DNA from: Candidatus Methylomirabilia bacterium
GTDB lineage: Bacteria; Methylomirabilota; Methylomirabilia; Rokubacteriales; CSP1-6
NCBI GenBank assembly: GCA_041496385.1
Contig: JBGQEL010000045.1
Span: 1 to 31,196 of the forward strand
Length of the DNA stretch: 31,196 nucleotides
Direction of reading: 5' to 3'
The translations under genes and the position numbers were made by a program. Below, piece after piece: positions 25,719 to 31,196 of the stretch (positions within the stretch are counted from its first letter, which is position 1; each line of letters begins with the position of its first letter). The notes beneath the pieces were generated by a model. The model did no database searches and was not told where the DNA came from. It was given only the letters and a program-made list of their open reading frames with translations.

Positions 25719-27713
25719 GTGCGGTGGCTGGAGGCGAGCGTCCGGGGCGTCGACACGCTCTTCGACCGGATCTATTCGTCCCGGTACAACCCCCTCTATC
25801 GCACCGGCACGCTGGCCGCGCTCTTCCTCACGGTCGCGCTCGTCACGGGCGTCTACCTGATCTTCGTCTACGAGATCGGGCGCCCCTACGAGTCGATGGC
25901 CACGATCCAGCAGGACGTGCTGCTCGGACGGTGGATGCGCGCCCTGCATCGCTACGCGTCGGACGCGGCCGTCATCGCCGTGGTGCTCCACGTCGTGCGC
26001 CTCTTCGTCCAGGGCAAGACGTGGGGGCCCCGAACGCTCGCCTGGATCACCGGCCTGCTGCTCACGGCGATGATGTTCCTGTCGGCCCTGACCGGATTCG
26101 TGCTGGTCTGGGACGAGTTCGGACAGAAGCTCGCGGTCGCCGGCGCCCGGATGCTGCGGCTCCTGCCCCTGTTTCCGGAGCCGCCCGACCGGGCGTTCGT
26201 CGGAGACAAGCCGGTGCCGTCGCAGTTCTTCTTCATGAACCTCTTCCTGCACGTCGCCGTGCCGCTCGGCATGATCTGCTTTCTCTGGCTGCATACCTCG
26301 AAGCTCGCGCGGGCGGCGTGGTTTCCCGAGAAGCGGGTCGCGTGGGGCGTCCTGGGGGCCTTCGTGCTGCTCTCGCTCGTGTGGCCGGCGCCGCTGCCGC
26401 CGCCGGCCGACCTGCTGTCGATTCCCGGGCGCGTGGACACGGACTGGTTCTACGGCTTCTGGCTGCCGTTGACCCAGGCGTCGCCGCTCGTCGCGCTGGC
26501 GGCCACGGTCCTCGCGACCGGACTCTTGCTGGCGACGCCGTGGGTCGTGAGACCGGCCACGGCGCGGCTGCCCGCGCCCGCCGTCGTCGATCCGGACAAG
26601 TGCGAGGGCTGCCAGCAGTGCTTCGCCGATTGCCCGTACGACGCCATTCTCATGATCCCCGGCGGGCATCCCGAAAAGCATCCACTGCGCGCCAACGTCG
26701 TGCCCGACCTCTGCGTGAGCTGCGGCCTGTGCGCCGGCTCCTGCGCCTCCCTCGCCATCGGCCCCGAGGCGCGAACGGCGTGGCACCAGCTCGGCTCGGC
26801 CCGCCAGCTCGTCTCGGCCTCGGCGGGGCCAGCGCAGAAGACGCTGCTCGTGGCGTGCCGGAACAACGGCGGCGTCGCCGAGCGGGTGCGGGCGCAGTTC
26901 GGCGCCGACGCCGCCATCGAGTGCTTCGACGTCGACTGCGCGGGGACGCTCCACCCGGGCACGGTCTCCTATCTTGGAAGCCAGTTCGACCGCACGCTGG
27001 TGCTGAGCTGCCCGCCACAGAACTGCGTTCACCGCGAGGGCTCGACGCTGGCGGATGCCCGGATCCTCCTCGAGCGGCGCCCCGCGGTGCCCGGGCGGAT
27101 CGCAGGGCAGCTCGTGCGCGTCCTGCATTGCTCGAGCGGCGAGTGGCCCGGGATCGCGTCGGCCGTGCGCGCCTTCAAGGCGTCCGCGACACTGCCGCCC
27201 GCCGTGCCGGGTCGCACGATCGTTCGAACCGTCGTCGCCGTCGTGTTCAGCGCGGCACTGCTCGGCCTGGTGGCCCTGGGAAGTCGATGGCCCCAGGGCG
27301 GGGACGCGGATCACGCGCTGCTGCGACTCGGGTGGCGGCTCACGGGCCAGGTGAAGGAGACCTGCCGCGACCTCACGGCGGAGGAGCTCGCGAAGCGCCC
27401 GATCCACATGCGCACGCCGCGCGAGTGCGTGTCCGAAGTGCTGACCTACGACCTGAGGGCGGCCGTCGACGGTCGGGTCGTCGCCCTGAAGAAGGTGAAG
27501 TCCCCAGGGCTGCGCGCCGACCGCCCGCTCAGCGTCGAGGAAGACATCCAGGTCGGTCCGGGTGAGCGCCTCGTGACGGTCACCTTTACGCCGGAAGATC
27601 CGGGCAGCGGCGGAAAGGTGTTGGCGCTCGAGCGGCGGATTCGCTTCGACCGCAAGCGCGTTGCGCTCATCACCTACGAGAACGACGCCCTGATCGTCAA
27701 GGAGGGGAAGTGA
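25719..27713 (+). CDS. Fusion of cytochrome b/b6-like domain, 2x[4Fe-4S] ferredoxin, FlpD/MvhD-like domain and TM-anchored C-terminal domain
   Basis: Heme-ligand His pairs RALHRYASD...LHVVR and FLHVAVP...WLH; WITG; TDWFY in the PEWY position; CEGCQQCFADCP and CVSCGLCAGSC; LVAC...DCAG...LSCPPQNCVHREG. Confidence 0.87.
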   Translation: MRWLEASVRGVDTLFDRIYSSRYNPLYRTGTLAALFLTVALVTGVYLIFVYEIGRPYESMATIQQDVLLGRWMRALHRYASDAAVIAVVLHVVRLFVQGKTWGPRTLAWITGLLLTAMMFLSALTGFVLVWDEFGQKLAVAGARMLRLLPLFPEPPDRAFVGDKPVPSQFFFMNLFLHVAVPLGMICFLWLHTSKLARAAWFPEKRVAWGVLGAFVLLSLVWPAPLPPPADLLSIPGRVDTDWFYGFWLPLTQASPLVALAATVLATGLLLATPWVVRPATARLPAPAVVDPDKCEGCQQCFADCPYDAILMIPGGHPEKHPLRANVVPDLCVSCGLCAGSCASLAIGPEARTAWHQLGSARQLVSASAGPAQKTLLVACRNNGGVAERVRAQFGADAAIECFDVDCAGTLHPGTVSYLGSQFDRTLVLSCPPQNCVHREGSTLADARILLERRPAVPGRIAGQLVRVLHCSSGEWPGIASAVRAFKASATLPPAVPGRTIVRTVVAVVFSAALLGLVALGSRWPQGGDADHALLRLGWRLTGQVKETCRDLTAEELAKRPIHMRTPRECVSEVLTYDLRAAVDGRVVALKKVKSPGLRADRPLSVEEDIQVGPGERLVTVTFTPEDPGSGGKVLALERRIRFDRKRVALITYENDALIVKEGK

Positions 27714-27964
27714 GTGTCGCCGCCCACAGGCGCACTCTCTCGGCCTCCTGACGCCCACCGACGTGCACCCTGGCTTGGCCAAGCACCGCGGGGCCGGCCT
27801 CACCCGCCGGCGCATCTTGGGGAAGTTTGGATCAATCCCCCCCAACGCCCGCTGCCCTCGCAGACGTCATCGGCCCCGGCGCGACCGCTGTCTCCGCTTG
27901 CTCACGCGGCTGCGTTCGCTTAGCGTGTCGTCGATCGTTACGCGTGGGAGACAAGGAGAGGCGA

Positions 27965-29845
27965 ATGGGGCGCCGTGCAAAGCCCGCGAAGGTGAAGGCC
28001 AAGCGACCGCTCGTCCGTAAGGCACCGACGAAGGGAGCTGCGAGGGTTCACGACCTCGCGAAGCGCCTGGCAGAGGCGCTCGAGCAGCAGACAGCGACGA
28101 GCCAGATCCTCCGGGTCATCTCGAGCTCGCCAAGGGAGATTGAGCCGGTGTTCGACGCGATCGCGCGGAGCGCCATGCGGCTGTGCGCAGCAAGGACGGG
28201 CGACGTGCACCGCTTCGATGGGACTATGTCGTACCTCGTCGCACTGGCCGGAGGCTCGGAGCGAGAGCAGGAGGAATTCGCCGACCTTTTCCGCGCGCGG
28301 CCCGTCACCCGCGCTACCCTGACCGGCCGCGTTCTCCTCGACCGGGTAACGCTGCACATTCCCGACATCGACATGTACGCCGAGGCGTCGGAGTTCACCC
28401 GCTCGGCGGCGAAGGCTCTTGGCTGGCGCTCGGCGCTCTTCGTCCCGATGGTCGGCGAGGGCACCGCGGTCGGCGCCATCACCGTCACGCGCGCGACACC
28501 TGAACCATTTTTGCCGGAGCAGATCGCGCTCCTGCAAACATTCGCCGAGCAGGGCGTCATCGCCATCGAGAACGTGCGGCTGTTCAAGGAGCTGGAGGGG
28601 CGCAACCGTGATCTCAGCGAGGCCCTGGAGCAGCAGACGGCGACCAGCGAAGTCCTCAAGGTCATCAGCCGCTCGACGTTTGATCTCGATCCGGTCCTGC
28701 AAACACTCGTGGAGAGCGCTGCGCGACTGTGCGGTGCGCAAGCAGGCTTTATCTACCGATTTGAAGACGGTGCGTTTCGCGTGGCGGCACACTACGCCAC
28801 GTCCCCCGACATCCTAGAGGTCGCGTCGCGAGTGCCCATTCGCGCGGGCCGGGGATCCGCCACGGGCCGGGCGGCACTGGAACGCCGCACCGTGCACATT
28901 CCGGACGTGCTCGCAGACGCCGAGTATGAACCCAACGAACGCCAGAAGCAGATCGGCAATCGCACAATCGTGGCTGTTCCGATGGAGAGAGAGGAGACAC
29001 TGCTCGGCGTCTTCGCACTGTGGAAAACTCAGGTCCAGCCGTTTACCGACAAGCAGATCGAGTTGGTCACAACCTTTGCTGACCAAGCGGTCATTGCCAT
29101 TGAGAATGTCCGCCTGATCACGGAACTCCAGGCGCGCACGGCGGAGCTTCAGGTAGCCAGCCAGCATAAATCCGAGTTTCTCGCCAACATGTCGCACGAG
29201 CTGCGGACACCACTCAACGCGATCATCGGGTTCTCGGACGTGCTGCTGCAGGGGATGTTCGGGGACACGAACGACAAACAGACCGAATATCTCCGCGACA
29301 TTCTCGCCTCGGGCCAACACCTCTTGTCCCTGATCAACGATATCCTCGATCTCTCGAAGATCGAAGCGGGGCGGATGGAGCTCGACGTCGCGGCGTTCGA
29401 TCTCCCGATGGCGATAGACGACGCGATGTTGCTGATGCGCGAGCGCGCCAGCCGGCGCGGCATCACGCTGGAGCGCCACGTCGACGAGCGAGTGGGCGAG
29501 ATCCGGGCGGACGAGCGCAAGGTTAAACAGGTGCTGCTGAACCTGCTATCTAACGCGCTGAAGTTCACGCCGGAGGGCGGTCGGCTCGACGTGCGGGCGG
29601 GCCTCGCGAATGGGACGGCGGAGATCTCGGTGACGGATACCGGCATCGGGATCGCGTCGGAGGACCACGGCGCGGTCTTCGAAGAGTTTCGTCAGGTCGG
29701 CAAAACGGACAAGAAAGCCGAGGGAACGGGATTGGGCTTGGCGCTGTGCCGGAAGTTCGTCGAGCTCCACGGCGGACGGATCTGGGTGAAGAGTCAGGTG
29801 GGTGTGGGGTCGACGTTCACCTTCACGCTGCCGCTCAGTCAGTGA
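27965..29845 (+). CDS. Cytoplasmic tandem-GAF sensor histidine kinase (GAF-GAF-HisKA-HATPase)
   Basis: Two [10 protein letters not shown]...[15 protein letters not shown] units; H-box [27 protein letters not shown] and GTGLGL; AAGGAG RBS before ATG 27965. Confidence 0.93.
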   Translation: MGRRAKPAKVKAKRPLVRKAPTKGAARVHDLAKRLAEALEQQTATSQILRVISSSPREIEPVFDAIARSAMRLCAARTGDVHRFDGTMSYLVALAGGSEREQEEFADLFRARPVTRATLTGRVLLDRVTLHIPDIDMYAEASEFTRSAAKALGWRSALFVPMVGEGTAVGAITVTRATPEPFLPEQIALLQTFAEQGVIAIENVRLFKELEGRNRDLSEALEQQTATSEVLKVISRSTFDLDPVLQTLVESAARLCGAQAGFIYRFEDGAFRVAAHYATSPDILEVASRVPIRAGRGSATGRAALERRTVHIPDVLADAEYEPNERQKQIGNRTIVAVPMEREETLLGVFALWKTQVQPFTDKQIELVTTFADQAVIAIENVRLITELQARTAELQVASQHKSEFLANMSHELRTPLNAIIGFSDVLLQGMFGDTNDKQTEYLRDILASGQHLLSLINDILDLSKIEAGRMELDVAAFDLPMAIDDAMLLMRERASRRGITLERHVDERVGEIRADERKVKQVLLNLLSNALKFTPEGGRLDVRAGLANGTAEISVTDTGIGIASEDHGAVFEEFRQVGKTDKKAEGTGLGLALCRKFVELHGGRIWVKSQVGVGSTFTFTLPLSQ

Positions 29846-29980
29846 CAGGGAGACGCTAACACTACAGTAAACTCTGGAACCCACCGAGGGCGTGCGCATC
29901 GCATGCTCAAGCGACCGAGATCCTGAGTCTGGGCGAGTAGCGCTATCTGATTCGCGCTTCAGAACGCGGACTGTCCGTCA

Positions 29981-31090
29981 TCACTGGAGCCCGATTGCCC
30001 GGGCGACGGCTTCCAGAGAGAGCGCGACGTCGCCGCAGTCGAGGCTCGCGGCGTGGATGCGCTTGTGCAGCAGGTGGAGCGGGTATTCCTCGCAGTAGCC
30101 GATGGCGCCGAAGATCTGGTGCGCGCGCCGCGCGACCGCCAGGCACGCCTCGCCCGCGTAGGCCTTGGCCGTGGCGACGTCGCCCGCCGCGGGCGCCCCC
30201 TCGCTCGCCTTCCACGCCGCGGCGTACAGCAGGCCGCGCGACGCGTCGACGTCGCGGACGAGATCGGCGCAGGCATGCTGGATGGCCTGGTAGCCGCCGA
30301 TCGGGCGCCCGCCCTGCACGCGCGTCTTCGCGTGCTCGACGGCCAGCTCGAGCACGCGCTGCGCGGCGCCGACCATCTCCGCGGTCCGCGCGAGCGCGCC
30401 CGCCTGCAGGGCGGACTGGAGCGCCTCACGTCCGGCGCCGCCCGGGCCCAGACGATCCTCGGCGCCGACGGCCACGCCGTCGAACGCGACCTCGAAAAGC
30501 TTCGCGGGGCCGATCGTCTCGAGCGGGAACACGCGCACGCCCGGCCGATCCGTCGGCAGCAGCAGGAGGAGCAGATCGCTACCCGCGCGCGTGGCCACGA
30601 CAAGCGCGTCGGCCACGTGCGCGGCCTCGACGAAGAGCTTGCGCCCGGAGAGCCGGCCCGCCGCGTCGACGGCGAGCGCGATCCGCTCCACGTCGAACGA
30701 GCCGCTCTCCTCGACGAGCGCCGGGCTCGCGACGCGCTCGCCGGCTCCCATCGCGGGGAGCAGGCGCTTCTGCTGGTCCGCGCCGCTCGCCGCCAGCAGC
30801 AGCGAGGTCGCGACGACCGCGCTGGCGACGAACGGCCCCGGCACCGCCGCGCGGCCGAGCTCCTCGACCAGGAGGACCACGTCGAGCAGGGAGCCGCCGC
30901 TGCCGCCGAGCTCGGGCGGGATCAGGAGCCCCTGCCAGCCGAGCTCGGCCATCTGGCGCCAGAGCGCGTCGTCGACGCCGCGCGGGTCGAGGGCCACGCG
31001 CTGGACCAGCTCCGGAGGGCAGTGCTTGCGGAGGAAGTCGCGCGCGATGGCGACGAGGAGCTGCTGCGCGGGCGAGGGGCGGAAGTCCAC
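29981..31090 (-). CDS. Acyl-CoA dehydrogenase family protein (short, probably the non-catalytic partner subunit)
   Basis: MDFRPS-x2-Q, LGWQGLLIPPELGGSG, EELGR, LSGRKLFV, RVQGGRPIGGYQAIQH and HQIFGAIGY. Confidence 0.9.
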   Translation of the reverse strand: MDFRPSPAQQLLVAIARDFLRKHCPPELVQRVALDPRGVDDALWRQMAELGWQGLLIPPELGGSGGSLLDVVLLVEELGRAAVPGPFVASAVVATSLLLAASGADQQKRLLPAMGAGERVASPALVEESGSFDVERIALAVDAAGRLSGRKLFVEAAHVADALVVATRAGSDLLLLLLPTDRPGVRVFPLETIGPAKLFEVAFDGVAVGAEDRLGPGGAGREALQSALQAGALARTAEMVGAAQRVLELAVEHAKTRVQGGRPIGGYQAIQHACADLVRDVDASRGLLYAAAWKASEGAPAAGDVATAKAYAGEACLAVARRAHQIFGAIGYCEEYPLHLLHKRIHAASLDCGDVALSLEAVARAIGLQ

Positions 31091-31091
31091 G

Positions 31092-31196
31092 TCAGGCCTT
31101 CCTCGGCTCCGCGGGCAATCCCAGACCGCGCACAGCGACAGCCGTGCGGAGCACCTCGGCGGTGCCGCCCGCGATCGTGTGGCCGAGGCTCGTCAG
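31092..31196 (-). CDS. Acyl-CoA dehydrogenase, C-terminal end; gene starts beyond the window
   Basis: Manual translation LTSLGHTIAGGTAEVLRTAVAVRGLGLPAEPRKA*, containing the TIxGGTxE...LGLP motif. Confidence 0.85.
   Translation of the reverse strand: MTSLGHTIAGGTAEVLRTAVAVRGLGLPAEPRKA

Noticed and set aside
27714..27964. Intergenic region checked for an ncRNA or riboswitch, as was 29846-29980
   Set aside because: Only short palindromes (e.g. GCTTGGCCAAGC); nothing I can support as a known RNA family by eye.

Overview
GC-rich bacterial chromosomal segment, densely coding; I saw no rRNA, tRNA, CRISPR array or transposase. The gene style (many LLM/SDR/amidohydrolase genes, peptide-family ABC transporters, a tandem-GAF His kinase with a basic N-terminus) suggests Candidatus Rokubacteria/Methylomirabilota, which is an inference. 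Two modules stand out. (1) 21556-27713: a hemerythrin gene divergent from an operon encoding a small membrane subunit, a CuA subunit II, a heme-copper subunit I whose active-site Tyr is replaced by Gln (HSSQQ, eNOR-type NO reductase signature), a membrane-anchored SCO, and an unusual cytochrome b + 2x[4Fe-4S] + FlpD/MvhD-like fusion. No Rieske protein or cytochrome c is encoded there, and a CRP/FNR-like palindrome lies in the shared promoter. (2) 13725-16148: a UGSC-family selenoprotein that the ORF track splits at an in-frame UGA, followed by a SECIS-like hairpin, its partner gene and an upstream amidohydrolase, preceded by a 41-bp inverted-repeat element. The rest is mainly catabolic: a tandem CoA-transferase III, a degenerate amidohydrolase, two Fe/2OG dioxygenases, a short catalase-like protein, SDRs, LLM oxidoreductases and an acyl-CoA dehydrogenase pair. 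All family calls come from motifs read by eye, not from database searches.
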